Assembly: GCA_951406725.2 (NCBI GenBank)
Contig: OX597815.1
Location: forward strand, 54,312,001-54,376,000
Length of the DNA: 64,000 bases
Source: Octopus vulgaris
Taxonomy: Eukaryota
Direction: 5' to 3'
Position numbers and translations under genes: made by a program. Below the pieces are notes generated by a model. It saw only the letters and a program-made list of their open reading frames with translations, did no database searches and was not told the origin of the DNA. This document shows positions 23,265-37,609 of this stretch, in pieces; positions within the stretch are counted from its first letter, which is position 1; the number at the start of each line of letters is the position of its first letter.

Positions 23265-24759
23265 TATCATAAATAGGACATCGTACGTATTATTGGAAAT
23301 GACCATCTCTCTCTCTCCATCTCTCTCTTTCTCTCTGAATATATATGTGTGTGTGGGTGTGTGCATGCATGTGTGTGTGTGCATGTATATGTGTGTATGT
23401 GTGTGAGTGTGTGTGTGTGGTAAATAGTAATGTGTCCAATCCACTTGTTGATTATGGAACAAAGGTATTATAACACCTTCAAATTCCATACTGATTGTAG
23501 CATGACTAAAATCTTTCCATACCTGTTACAGATATTGCCAGCAATAAACAGGGAAATATCCTTTTGGCAATAACTTATGAAGATGTATACACGCACGCAC
23601 ACATGTGTATATGTATATATATATGTGTGTGTGTGTGTGTGTGCGTGTGTGTGTGTGTGTGTGTGTATGAGTGTATACAAGAAGAAATAATATTTGTCTC
23701 TTATTATAGAAACAAAAGGGTTTTTAGGACTGCAAAAGGAGTGCACAAATATGAGACGAATATAAAGAAGCATTGATCATAGAACACACATTAAATTTGG
23801 GTCAACGACTTTACATACAACACCACCCCTCAAGCATTTAATAATCTATAAAAAAAACACCATCGTCTACAAACACATAAAAAATAATAATACATATTTA
23901 CATAAAATCACAGAAGGTGAAAATATATATTCTAATAAAATACAAATAGAACGGCTATTCAAAAGTTAAATATAACGACTGAAAATTCAAAACGACCAAA
24001 AAGCCTAATGGACAAATATAAAAGAAATACAGATAAAAAATATAAAATATAATAATTTGCATTAGGTCTAGTTTTATTATTTTTACCTATGTATAATTTA
24101 GTTGCATTCATTGTCGTTTTATATTTCTCGTGATCTATGTTGGTCGGGTAAAAGTGACACGGTTATACTTTGCAACATTATACCTAGCTAAATATAAGTA
24201 TTACATGCTTAAAATGAATGCCGCAAGCTATTGAATCATTTCACACGTATAGAATGTTTCTCTTGAATACAATATTGTCGTATGTTACACTCTTGATACA
24301 TTTTTAACCTAGAGGAGAAATTAAGGATTAATATGCATAATTACCATTAGAAAATTCTTACATGCTGCTGGAAAAAGAACTCCAGGCTTTTCATTTCGTA
24401 TACCGAAAGCTGAGATTATTTATTAGGCACTGAGTAAATTTCAAACTTCTGGTAAAACATTTTGAATAGTAAATTTCTTGCAAGTTATCATTCGAACGGC
24501 ATCATTAAAAGTGTTAATATTTTTAAAGAATTGAAAATATCTTTAATGCATTTATAATGGTAAAATTAATTATAACTTGATGAAATATAACCAACTTTCT
24601 ATTTATTTCAGATTTTGCTGAAGGTTATAATTTTCTTCATTTAATTTTGATTAAATTATTTTCACGAACTTTGCTTCTTCGGAAATTAAGATTTTTGTTG
24701 TCCTTATTCTTGCTTTTCTTGTTCTTTCATCTCCATTCTACACCTCCTCGTAATCCTTC

Positions 24760-24782
24760 TCCTCCTCCTCCTCCTCCTCCTC

Positions 24783-24859
<77 letters not shown>

Positions 24860-24994
24860 TATGATCATTGGCATCATCATAGTTGTCATCATCATATTGC
24901 AATTATTTTCATCGTCTGTCGCATCTCTTCAAATGGCTATAACTTTTCTCGATAACTTGAGATTAATCATCATCATCATCATCATTATAGTCAC

Positions 24995-25026
<32 letters not shown>

Positions 25027-25050
25027 ACATCAACGTCATCATGTTATCAT
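24760..25050. repeat. (CCT)n/(CAT)n microsatellites
   Basis: Directly visible. Confidence 0.95.
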
Positions 25051-25194
25051 AATTAGACTTTCATTATCAGTTCTTTATTAGACCATCATTAGACCTTCAT
25101 TATCAGTCCTTTATCATATTTTTCTCATATCTGCAGCTTTCTGATCGTCTTTTCAGTGGTATTTTCACAACAAATCACGACAAAGTTGAGAGAT

Positions 25195-25284
25195 AGAAAG
25201 ATAGATAGACAGACAGGCTAACGGACACACAGAGAGATAGACAGACAGATAGACATGCATACATACATACATACATACATACAT

Positions 25285-25321
<37 letters not shown>

Positions 25322-25334
25322 TAGACAGACAGAC

Positions 25335-25410
<76 letters not shown>
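25195..25410. repeat. (GACA)n/(CATA)n/(GATA)n compound microsatellite
   Basis: Directly visible. Confidence 0.97.
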
Positions 25411-26609
25411 GTGCACGTATCTGCAATCACTTATAGAGCATATTTCTCCAACGCACTCAGCATTTGTTTCCTATCCTAAATTCATTTAAATCATTAGATT
25501 AAATATATTTTCTCTCTAACAATAAAGTTATCGATATTACAAAAATCCACCCATTTTCGGGAACGCCTTCTTAATTGTCTTTTCTCACCATGATCTCTAT
25601 ATGAAATGTAGTTCACATTTGAGTAGTTCATAAAATTGCTTAAATTTTATAATTGGGAGACAGACTCTCCCTACATCCAGTATATTCAATTTAACAAGTT
25701 CTAGATGATCTTGCCGATGTGATAATTATTATGATATATATTTTACATTGATTATCTGGCTGTAATTTATACATTGCATTCAGCAATCTTTTATAAAAAG
25801 TTCCTAGAAATGTCAATTCATTAATTTTAACATTGCCATTATTAAAATTATACTTAGTGATCGCTATAGTTTATTTTGTGAGATATAGCTGTAAATATAA
25901 TTTAAATGAGATGCTTTCCAAACTCCACAGCAATTTTTATAGCATCGTTGAATATTTATGAATTTAAATCACCTATCATTTTTTGTTTTCATTTTTTTCG
26001 AAATCTATGCTGTGAATTCTGCTTTTATGGTACATTTGAATAATTGCGTAATCAATAATTTAAATGTCATAACGTAATGTATGTGAAACTTATAAAACTT
26101 GTGTATACAAAAAAATACATAACGCTGCATTGCGCTTCCATATTCTATCGTATCGTTTTTACACTGGAAAATTCTGAGTAAGTGAAATATTGTATTGCAC
26201 TGACAAAAAGCATGAAGCAGCATATCAGTTCTCAACGTGTATGGAATCCATAGAATATCAGAAAATGTGTATATAGTTAAACTCATTTAAGTTCTGAGTT
26301 CAAATATCACCAACGTCAGGAGAGATGATCTAATATACTACAACAGGCTTGAAATTGATGACCTCTACTTTTGTTAGAAATCGATATTTTACTTGGCTGA
26401 TTGGCAGACACTGTATTTGTATATTTCATTTGTATATTTCATTTAGGTTTTCTTTTCAAATACTGTTAACTTTTCATATTACGGGATGAAAAAATAAATA
26501 TTAGTCAGGTACTGAGATCAATATAATTGATTACACATTCATCCATATTTTGTAGCTTTGTGACTAAGAGAACTATATATTATCAAAATGACGCATAACT
26601 TCCGTTGAT

Positions 26610-27750
26610 AATAATTAAAATGAATAAATATACTGAATATTTCTCATGCTATATGATAAAAAGAATTACTCATGATTATAATAATGTCAACATTAATGAA
26701 CTGATATAAAACATAAGTAATGGATTCAGTTACATTTGATATAAAAATTTACATTTATTACGCAGCCGATATGCTAATACTTATTTCCTATAAAATCTGT
26801 TAATGATCACGTAATTCTAGGTTTACCAATGGCTTATTCGAATAAATGAAAACCGAAATATAACAAAAATATTATTCTCGTATTAGTGAGCACTGCTGTT
26901 TATAGATCCCTACTCCCGGCTTAACAAAATATGTGGCAGCGTTTTAATTCCAAGCTGTTGCTGTTTAAGTAAACGAATAAATCAACAAACAAATTTTCGC
27001 TGGGTGAGAATAACCGGGCTGGATCAATTCTAAATTGATCCAGCCCAGTGGATCTCTACCTTTTTCATCATGACTTCATATCAAATCTTCATTACCTCTG
27101 TAACGCTCACGTAGACGATAACTATTGAAAATGCATTCTACTATTTGCAACAATATCAACTGCAGCTGTATCATATGTAAATGAAGTGTGTACACTAGTA
27201 AAAGTTAAAAACAAACCTATCTCTGGTTATAAAATTGTATAATACATAATTCTATAAGAGCCTTATAGTTGATGCAAATTCTGCACTCCTCCCATCTACC
27301 TGCATTTTTGTTAGTGATATACAATCGCATTTCTTTTTGAAATCAAGTCATTTGTGCAATTTTGATTGTAGGTAAATCCGCTGCCTAATATCAGATTGAG
27401 GAAGATAAGATTGAGAAAGTGATTGAATTTCTCTTAGAGAAGGAGAAATTCCCTTATAACGTCAGTACTTTACCTGTTATTACAGTTACTTAATTTCAGA
27501 TGTTTCACCATGAGTTCTGTACCTCAATAAGGTTTTCATGTAATTTAATGCTGACATAAGTTGCAATTACTATAAAAGATTCTACCACCCAAACTAAAAT
27601 TCTTGTCTTTAGTAATTCCCCGGACAGAAGATTCATATCATTGTACCACTACTTTAAACGCTCAACATACCAACGTACACAGAAAGATTATCATCTTGTT
27701 CAGTATCAGCAGTGTTTAGGATCGACAACTGCACCAAATCTAAATAGGTT
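26610..27750 (+). pseudogene. L: Endogenous viral element: paramyxo-like L polymerase, connector end plus methyltransferase domain
   Basis: YI*YKNLHLLRSR (26731), VSTAVYR (26886), FSLGE(NN)RAGSIL (26994-27032), CIFVSDIQ (27301), ICAILIVGKS..CLI (~27350-27390). Compare paramyxovirus L YL.RK.L..IR.R, SSACYK, LFLGEGSGSML, FIHSDIE, MALLLGKIGSILVIK. Order and approximate spacing are conserved. Confidence 0.75.
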
Positions 27751-27987
27751 CAGTTTGTTTTTTTAATTAAAATAGTAATAGCCGTAATGACCACTGTGCA
27801 AAAGGTAAGATTAGTTTTATCGTTGTATTTGTCCAGCAAATTTTGGAATACATATAAGAATTAAAACGTATCAAATATTCTAGGAAATAAATTTTCGCCA
27901 AGTTGCTTAATATGTATATGAGAAATAACAAAGTATAACAAAGCAACGAAGACACATACTTTTCAAATGCTATCACATTTTATTGAA

Positions 27988-28480
27988 AGATACAGATAAG
28001 GAAATGATTTTATTCTCAAACGCAGGATAAACTATCCATATTTTGCAGAAAATCTGTCAGCGGCGAGCCATGAGACTCGAACTCACAACCCTCAATTTAA
28101 CGTACGATATAGTTATCAGAAATCATCAAGAAAAAATGCTTTCTAATCAATGTATCAATACCAACAGATGATGATGTTTCTCTAAAAGAAACAAAGAAAC
28201 TTTCAAAATACAAAGACCTGCAAATAGATCGCTGAATTTAACGTACGATTGCGTTTTATAAACCTAATTTTACATATCTTAAATTTGCAGAGGAATTTAT
28301 CATTCGATTAGTTTAGCTTAATGGTAAAGCGGTTGACGCATAATCACACGGATGCGAGTTCGAGACTCATGGCTGGCCGCCGACAGGTTTTCTACAAAAT
28401 ATGGATAGTTTATCCTGTTGGTGCTACATTATTAGCATTATCCTGTGTTTCAGGATAAAATTATTTCCTTATCTGTATCT
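27988..28480. mobile_element. Head-to-head inverted pair of a tRNA-headed element
   Basis: 27988-28090 is the reverse complement of ~28350-28480. A box tagcttaatgg (28314), B box gagttcgagac (28356). Confidence 0.8.
28109..28234 (+). mobile_element. Captured internal R4/Dong fragment (REL nuclease region) between 15-bp direct repeats
   Basis: aatttaacgtacgat occurs at 28094 and 28235. The insert resembles the reverse complement of 28808-28932. Confidence 0.85.
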
Positions 28481-28574
28481 CTAATCCATCTCAACACTTC
28501 TAAAGCAAAGTTTGTTTGTTGACTTTCAGCGTAAATTGAATTTAACATACGTATATGTGTATATATATTATTAT

Positions 28575-31500
28575 TCGGTAGTCTTAATTTTATCACGTGC
28601 TTTCACTGCACTACCGAGCGCAGCTTGTATTGAAAGTGTGTTATGTAGGATGTGTGCTGTGCCTAGTAGTGCAATTTTCTGCATGTTCTATATACTTGTA
28701 AATCCTGGTGGTTTTCTTATGTATTTGTCTGAATATTTTTTTACCATACCTAATGCGCCTACTATTATAGGAATTGTTTCTCTTTGTAGTTTCACGTTCG
28801 AGTTACCTCTATTTCCAGGTCTTTTCATTTTGAAAGTTTCTCCGTTTCTCTTAGAAAAACACTGTCATCTGTTGGTATTGATACATCGATTAGAAAGCAT
28901 TATTTCTTGGTGATCTCTGACAACTGCATCCGGCCTATTGGCCTTAATTTCTCTATCTGTGTGTATTGACATATCCCATACTATTATTTTCAGTGACCCT
29001 TTTCTGGAGTGTGCCTTTACCATCTTTTTCGTGTTGTTATTCCATAGTGTTGGCATAGCTTCCAGTGTATATAGAATCCAACTCTGTCGTGTCTGCGAAT
29101 ATATTCCTTCTTAACCATGACTGGACAACCAGAGACAATATGATTTATTGTTTCTTCTTCATCACATATTCTGCAGTTACTTGTATTTCTTTTCATTACA
29201 TGCTTTTGGTAATTCCTGGTGGAGAAGCTTTGGACTTCTGCTGCAATTAAAAATCCTTCGGGCTCTGCTTTGAGTCCTGAGCTTCTCAACCGTAGTCGGG
29301 ATTTTGCTTTGTCTATTCCTTTCCTGTCTAGTTTAATCAAGTATTTGCTATGAAGGGACTTTTCTTGCCGTCGTTTTATCATGATCCGTTGCTGTTCCAG
29401 TTTTAGTTTGGGCTTAAGTTGTTTTACAGCTTTTGTTGCTTCTTCTTTTTCTTCAGAGTCGTTAGGTACTATGATTTCTTTTTTGTATGTATTTGTCAGC
29501 TTCCTTAAAAACGGAAAGTACTTTTTGTTTTGTTCGTGTTTTGTGGCTATTTGTATTAGTTTTCTTTGCTTCTGAAGTAGGTATTTCTGTAGTCCTATGG
29601 TGGTTATTTTGTAATAGTTGTATAAGGCCGATAACACCTTCCATACGTTGTATATATAGCATTTCTACGTCAGATTTTGGGTGGTGCATCCTAAATCCTG
29701 ACGTTATTTTTCTTCTTTTCGTATCTATATTGATTAGTTCATTTAGAGTCGAGTTAAGAATACTGTAGTTGTAACTTATAACTGGGACGGCTAGAGAGTT
29801 GAAACCTGTTATCTTGTTTTTCGCATTAATCTCTGATTTCAGTATTAATCTAACTCGTCTATAGTATTCCTTTCTCATCTACTCTTTCATTTGTGTGTGT
29901 TGCATCGTATTTAGTTCATCGATTCCTAAGTATTTGTATGTCTGGCTTTCGTCTAATTCTCGTATTGCATTTGTTTTATCTAGTGTGATGTTGCTACTCT
30001 TAACTAGATTTCTTTTTTCAAGGTTGCTTTGGTACATTTTTCTAAGCCTAATTTCATGTTTATTTCTTTGGTAAATCCACGTATTGTTTGTAGTAATGTT
30101 TCCAGCTGTTTATCATTTGTAGTGTAAGGTTTTAGATCATCCATAGGTGGCTGATTGTTTTGCCGTAACAGCTGTATCCACATCCAGTTATATTTAGCAA
30201 GTCAGATAAAGGTGTCAGTGCGAAGCAGAAAAGGAGTGGAGAGAGTGTGTCCTCTAATGGGGATGGCTTTAGTTTTGATGAGTCCCTCTTTCGTCTGGAG
30301 CTGTAGCACTTTCTGCCACGTTATTCATAGAATGTTTTATATATTTTATGATTATTGGTGCTACCTTGTTCATGGCTAGTGTTTCTAGGATCATGTGTGG
30401 GGAATGCTATTAAAAGCCTTTAAGTAATCTATCCAGGCCATACTTAAACCCTTGTTCTTTCTGCGGCTGTCTTCAGCTATGGCCTTATTGACTAGTAACT
30501 TATCTTTACGGCCGTATGAGCCCTTGCAGCATCCCTTCTGTTCTGGAAACAGGTTCTCTTATTCCAGATGCTTGCTCATCCTCTGCAATATTATTGCAGT
30601 AAAGGCTTTTTAAACTGTAGACAAACAAAACAATGGTCTATATTTTGTGGGTTTGACGTTTCAGCAGATTTGGGAATTTGGATAGATTTCCCTTCTTTGA
30701 GCCATTCAGACATTGTCTCTAATTCTGCTAGTATTTCATTAAATCTCTCAGCCACTTTTTCATATGTTCCTCTCAGGTATTTTAACCAGAAGTTGGGGAT
30801 CTTGTTGTGCTCGAGGGCTTTCCAGTTGCTTAGTTTTTGCTGTGCCTGGATGACCTCTTCAGTTGTTATACGGATCCAGAATTGTTCAGACGCTGTATTC
30901 GTTATTTTTATCGACCTTTTCTGAGGTTGTTCTTTCGCTGACCATATTTCTTTCCAAAATTCTTTCACTTCTTCTGCTGTTTGATCGCTATTTTATTTTT
31001 GCCAAGTTCTTAGTAGGATATTTCGGAGTTGGAGTTGAATTGTTTCCTTTGTTCAAAGAAACTTTGGCGTTTATCATACCGGCGGATACTTTGTGCTTTG
31101 GCTAGGATATCTTGCTTTAGTTGTTCTCTTACCTCAGGTACACCTTGTTGTGCAATTCTGTATTTACGTAGTATTTTTCTTCTCTTCTTGTTGCTTAGTA
31201 GTCTTGATTGTCTACTAGTCTCATTAAGGATTGACAGATCCTTTTTTATTTTCTATTTTTCTGGATATTATTTATCCACAGGGTTTGTTTGGGGGTGATA
31301 CTCTTGTTTAGATGGGTTTGAAGGGGTTTCCAGCTTCTTTTGTGGCCACAGAAGCTGCTGCATAAATTATATCAATTAGCCTGGTTATATTGACATTTGT
31401 TTCTGTGGCTATGAGTTCTGTTACGGCCAGGTTCATGCTCTTGATGTTGTTTTATCATCAATTTTTATTTTTGAGAGGTACAATCGATGATACATACTGA

Positions 31501-32420
31501 TATTTGTGACGTTCAATTCTTTGGTTATGCTCATTTTTAGAGTGTCTTAATCATTAGTTTCACCTTTACTTTTTCCAGGTTTTAGACGTGTTTCCTATCC
31601 CCAACTCCCGTTTATATTTTTGTCTGTGGTGTTCTGGTTTGGTGCATTTAGCTCATTATTATACATTCCTCCGGTCTGGGTTTGTTGTCTTTAGTTCGTT
31701 TTTGTTAGACATGTTACGTCTTTTATCGTACTTTACATTCCCAGTGTTTATGATGTTATTTTGCATTGATGTATGGTTACTATCTACGTTTTCCTGATGC
31801 ATTTTCTATTTCTATCTCTGATTTTTTTTTGATGTTTTGGGAATATATCTCCGTATGTTAGATGGTTTATTAGGGTTCATTGCTATATCTAAATCTTTAT
31901 CTAGGTCATTTTTCTGCGAGATTTTATATTATATATTGTTGTGTTTTCGATTTGTAGGGTAGTGCACTGCCGTAAAATAAGCGTGTATGATTGAAATATA
32001 TTCTACACGTGTCAATTTATGCGTTTTTGAATCTATTTGTGTCACATGAGGAGTAACGTCCGGCCCTTCATGTTGTTGCTCATCATTTTTCTAGGCTGTC
32101 GGTCCGTTCATTTCTGGTGTTAAATTGTTTTGCACGTGTAGTTTTCCGTACTTTTTGTGTAACAGCTTTAAAGTGCTACTTCCCGTTTGTTATCCTTGGG
32201 TGGAATAAAATGGGTATGATTTAATTTATCTTTCATTTTTTTGTGATGGAGATGACACAGTAAAAATACATAATTTCATTTGGGAAAGAGAAATAAATTG
32301 CAGTATTACTTACTCGGATATAGTCCAACACTTTTAATGAGTATTACTCACTCGGGTACAGTCCAGCATTTTGTCAGTGTGGTGAGCGTGTTGTACGAGT
32401 GACAGAAGTGACAAACAGTT
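28575..32420 (-). mobile_element. R4/Dong non-LTR retrotransposon, near full length, decayed
   Basis: WKA...KIPNFWLK, WIDY, YGDDL-like RT, HHPKSD, CRIC..ETINHIVSGC, RHDRV, NRPD REL domain. Confidence 0.93.
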
Positions 32421-32594
32421 AAAGTACATTATTTTATTGGGAAAATAGAAATATATTTTAATGAGTATTACTTACTCGGATATAGTCCAACACTTTGTCA
32501 GTTATTTTAAACTTCATTTGTTTTTATTCCCGATGTTTTTGGATAGATTTCGGAGCAGTGTTTTATTGCTCTCACTTGTTGCACAGTGTTGTTG

Positions 32595-32596
<2 letters not shown>

Positions 32597-32682
<86 letters not shown>
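32597..32682. repeat. (TTA)n array at a Dong 3' end
   Basis: Directly visible. Similar arrays at 12666, 34773, 35326, 55087, 55724, 61690, 62742 and 63803. Confidence 0.97.
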
Positions 32683-32684
<2 letters not shown>

Positions 32685-34021
32685 GTTTGACATTTGCTTT
32701 ATATTTGTACAAGTGGCTCCAAGTCTCACCCAGAGACCTCAAGAGACAACAGGTTGGAAGTTCATGTTGTTGTTATGCCTAGTGTGCCATATATTTGGGA
32801 GTTTTTTTAGTGTTGTACTAGTGAATGTCTAAAAAAACACATACGAAAATCATGTTTGTTTTAAAACTTGAGATTACATAGAAAGTCTTTTGCGTAGGAT
32901 ATGAGCAGTTCCCATGAGCACTATCTTTTAAATTTCTGCCATTTTGGGGTTTCCTGGAATCTGAGTTAGGTAGCAATCAGCCCCTTTTGCTATCATTCCC
33001 AGGGCACCTATGACAACAGGTATTGTTTTAGTCTTCAGGTTCCACATTTTGCTGATTTCTATTTCAAGATCTTTATATTTGCTCAGTTTTTGGTAGGTCT
33101 TGACAGATACGTTTATATCGATTGGGTCAGTCTTGTCAATGAGGAGTCATGTTCTTTGTCTGAAGTCTTCCAATATGATGTCTGGCCTATTTGCATCTAT
33201 CTTTCTGTCAGTTTGAATGGTGAAGTTCCAGAGGAGTGAGATGTGGTCATTTTCAAGCACTGGAGGTGGTTTGTGTTCCCACCAGTTTTTTTCATGGGAC
33301 AAATCCAGGTTTTTGCAAATTACCCAGTGAATATATTGTGCAGCTCTATCATGCCTGTTGAGATACTCTGTAGGCGCTAGAAGACTGCACTTGGAGACAA
33401 CATGATCAATGGTTTCATTTGGTTGTTGACATACACGACATGTTGGGCAACTGCCGTTCTTTAATATGTTGGCCTGGTAGTTTCTTGTTGGTAGGCATTG
33501 ATCTTGAGCTGCTATGATAAACCCTTCTGTTTCAGATTTTAAGCCAGAGGCCATTAGCCATTGATGGGTCAGGGCTTTGTCAATATCTGCATTATTCGCT
33601 CTCTTTTGCCATAGAGAGGTTTTTCTTGCCATTTATCATTCAAAATATCTAAGGTCGCAGTTTTAGCACGGGTTTTCATGCGCTTAGCTTTTTCTGTGCT
33701 TGTTTCTTGTATGTCTAATTCCGAAATTTGTTGTATTCGGAATTCACTTCGATATTCCTTTGCCTGTTTTGTTACTTAGTATGATGCTTTCTTGTTTTCA
33801 TGTTTTGAGACAAGTTTTAACATCCAGTCCTCAGAGTTTTTCAGGTACGTGTCTAGGCCAATTGTAGCAACCTTCATTGTTTTTGCCAGTTGTAAAAGTC
33901 CACGTCCTCCCTCTTTTCTCGGCAGATAAAGTCGTTCTGTATCTACCTTAGGGTGGTGCATTCTATGCATTGTCAACAGTTTTCGTATTTTTCTGTCAAG
34001 ATTACATATTTCAGTAATTGT
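32683..34021 (-). mobile_element. R4/Dong LINE (family 2), 5'-truncated
   Basis: HHPK.D, GLKSETEGFIIAAQDQ, CRVC..HVVS.C, NRPDII. The 3' end abuts (TAA)n. Confidence 0.95.
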
Positions 34022-34071
34022 AAGTCACGATTATGATTATGATTATTATTATTATTTTTTTTTTCTTCTTC

Positions 34072-34875
<804 letters not shown>

Positions 34876-34917
34876 GTAATAACATTATTATTATTATCAT
34901 CATCATCATCATCATCA

Positions 34918-35326
34918 TACTCTTTACTCTTTTACTCTTGTTTCAGTCATTTGACTGCGGCCATACAGGAGCACCGCCTTTAATCGAGCAACTCGACCCC
35001 GGGACTTATTCTTTTGTAAGCCCAGTACTTATTCTATCGGTCTCTTTTGCCGAACCGCTAAGTAACGGGGACACAAACACACCAGCATCGGTTGTCAAGC
35101 AATGCTAGGGGGACAAATACAGACACACAAACACACACACGCATATATATATGTACATATATACGACGGGCTTCTTTCAGTTTCCGTCTACCAAATCCAC
35201 TCACAAGGCTTTGGTCGGCCCGAGGCTATAGTAGAAGACACTTGCCCAAGGTGCCACGCAGTGGGATGAACCCGGAACCATGTGGTTGGTAAACAAGCTA
35301 CTTACCACACAGCCACTCCTGCGCCT
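34918..35326 (-). mobile_element. Family B SINE, full length
   Basis: Complete head, core and (aaaagagt) tail. Confidence 0.93.
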
Positions 35327-35330
35327 CATC

Positions 35331-35392
<62 letters not shown>

Positions 35393-35466
35393 CATTATTA
35401 TTGTCATCATCCTCATCATGATTATTATTATTTTTGTTATTATTATTATTATCATCATCATCATCA

Positions 35467-35568
<102 letters not shown>

Positions 35569-35718
35569 TTGTTATTATCATCATCATTATCATTATTAGT
35601 ATTATTATTATTATTATTATTATTATATTTGTTTTGCAAGATTCGTGTATCGAAACACTTGCATCTTCGAAAGGTCATTTTTTCCAATCAAAACACACGC
35701 ACTCCTCTAGTTCATTAA

Positions 35719-35762
<44 letters not shown>

Positions 35763-36269
35763 AACATCGATTAAGTAATTGAAAATTAAATAATTGTTTC
35801 ATCAACCAATTTTTCTGTTGAGTTCTAGTGTCATTGCTGATCTTGCCAATTATGTATCGTTGATAATTCTGGTCCGTCACGACTAGAATAGAGCATCGAA
35901 TTCTTCCTGATAGATTTCGGAATATAACTGGTATTTGTGTGTGTGTGTGTGTGTGCCTGAGATTTGGGCATATGCGTACACGTCTATGTTCACGAGTGCG
36001 TGTGTATGAGATACAGACTCGTACTTGCGCAAGCACACATACGCACACACACGTCATAGTTCGGTGTTTGAAAGCTTCTGTTATGTTTTATTTTTCCAAG
36101 TGGCTTCTATGTACCTCCATTATATTTATTTATATATTGTCATAGACACACATATAATTGTATGAATTGTATAGATCTACATATTATGTATGAATGTACG
36201 TCTGTGTCCTAGATTGTCTTTTATTTCTGATGATGTCTAATTTTGAAAAAAATTTTTTTTATTTTCCAT

Positions 36270-36450
36270 TTAATGTAATATTCGTCCTTGCATAGGATAT
36301 CATAATGTGCAGACAAGATGCGGCACTGAGTCTATGGGCTTATGGTAAATATCTATTTGTTTCCACTCAACTGCTTTCAAAATAAGAATATCCAAAAACG
36401 GCAGCTGTTTTTGCTTGAATTTTATCGTGAATTTAATCTAACGGCTCACG
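36270..36450 (+). pseudogene. Possible C-terminus of a paramyxo-like attachment glycoprotein (H/HN/G)
   Basis: ST./NCF...K..FCLNFIVNL (36361-36437) resembles TT.(T/N)CF....K.(W/Y)C..IVEI. It lies just upstream of the L start. Short and frameshifted. Confidence 0.3.
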
Positions 36451-37159
36451 TAGTTAATCAGATTTTAAAATTTCATTAGTAATCATATCAGATTAAATTT
36501 TAATAAAGTTATTCTAATTATCTCCGTTTAAGACTTAAATTTGCTTCTGCAACATAATATACAGATATTTACCACATTAAACTAGATTATTCTTCCAAGA
36601 TCAATTATTACTTCATTATAATTTTATTTCGATTATGCTAAACGATTTTTTCCCACAAAACGTCTGTCGTCCGTCTCCCAATACCAACAATATATTTATT
36701 TCTATATAGACATTTTCTATTTGCGCGATAGAAAAGCCCTCAATTTTTTACGCAAACGACTTCTTTTGTCTTTTCTTCTGTTTTTTCCTTCTTTTCTCTT
36801 GTCTTTAGTTTTCCCTGCCCTGATTCTTTTCCACATATTGTTCTGTCTCTCACTTTTACTTTGTATATTATATAAGGTTTCTATATATTTAACACTAAAA
36901 CTTAGTATACAACTAACTCAGTATGTTTGAATTTCCATTAAATTTGATAAAATGGATCATTTTGGTAAAATAAGATAATTTCATTTTGTTAGTATGGAGA
37001 TTTTCCGTCACATGATGGGACCATGAAATAAAGAAATAACATGATGGGACCATGAATACATATATTAAAGTTCTAAACTGCCCAGTAATTTTTAAATGTT
37101 TTTATATTTTGGAAGAGTTATTATGTCAAAAGGACACACACACTACTACTACTACTACT

Positions 37160-37570
37160 TCCAGTTAGGCGATTTACCCACTTGTTCTTTCACTTCACCC
37201 GTGCTTATGACAATATTCCTTATGTTTATTTCCTACTTGTAAGCCTGTTTTGATAGTTCCTATCCACATTGCATCCCTCTTATGCCTCACATTCTTTCCC
37301 CACAATCCGCTTCAGAACTCCTTGGCTTGATTTGCATCAGGAGCAACATTTTCCCCATTGATTCTTTCTAACGTTCGGAATAATTGCTTCGGGCTATTTT
37401 TTAACAATCTGTTCTTCTTGAACTGCTTATTTCTGTTCACAAATTTTCTGATCTTTTTGACATGATCCTCTGTTTTAACTGCTCTATTACTGCATCAAAT
37501 CCGATCCGTTCTTCCGTATTTTATATTTCTTCTCTTATTTTTCTCGGTCGGTCTTTTTCCTATTTTTACA
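37160..37570 (-). mobile_element. R4/Dong pre-RT fragment
   Basis: QFKKNRLLKNSPKQLFRTL...APDA..AKEF*SGLW. Confidence 0.75.
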
Positions 37571-37609
37571 GATACGACACCACCCTTTTATGATCCCTAA
37601 TCGCGCAGA

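Noticed and set aside
23452-25610. L connector-like words LWNKGIITP (23452), HF*PRG (~24300) and FSHHDLY (~25580)
   Set aside because: Each is plausible alone, but their order conflicts with L. At least one is chance, so none was annotated.
28310-28385. tRNA genes (also 6815, 8655 and 15866)
   Set aside because: A/B boxes are present, but there is no convincing full cloverleaf and they run into SINE bodies.
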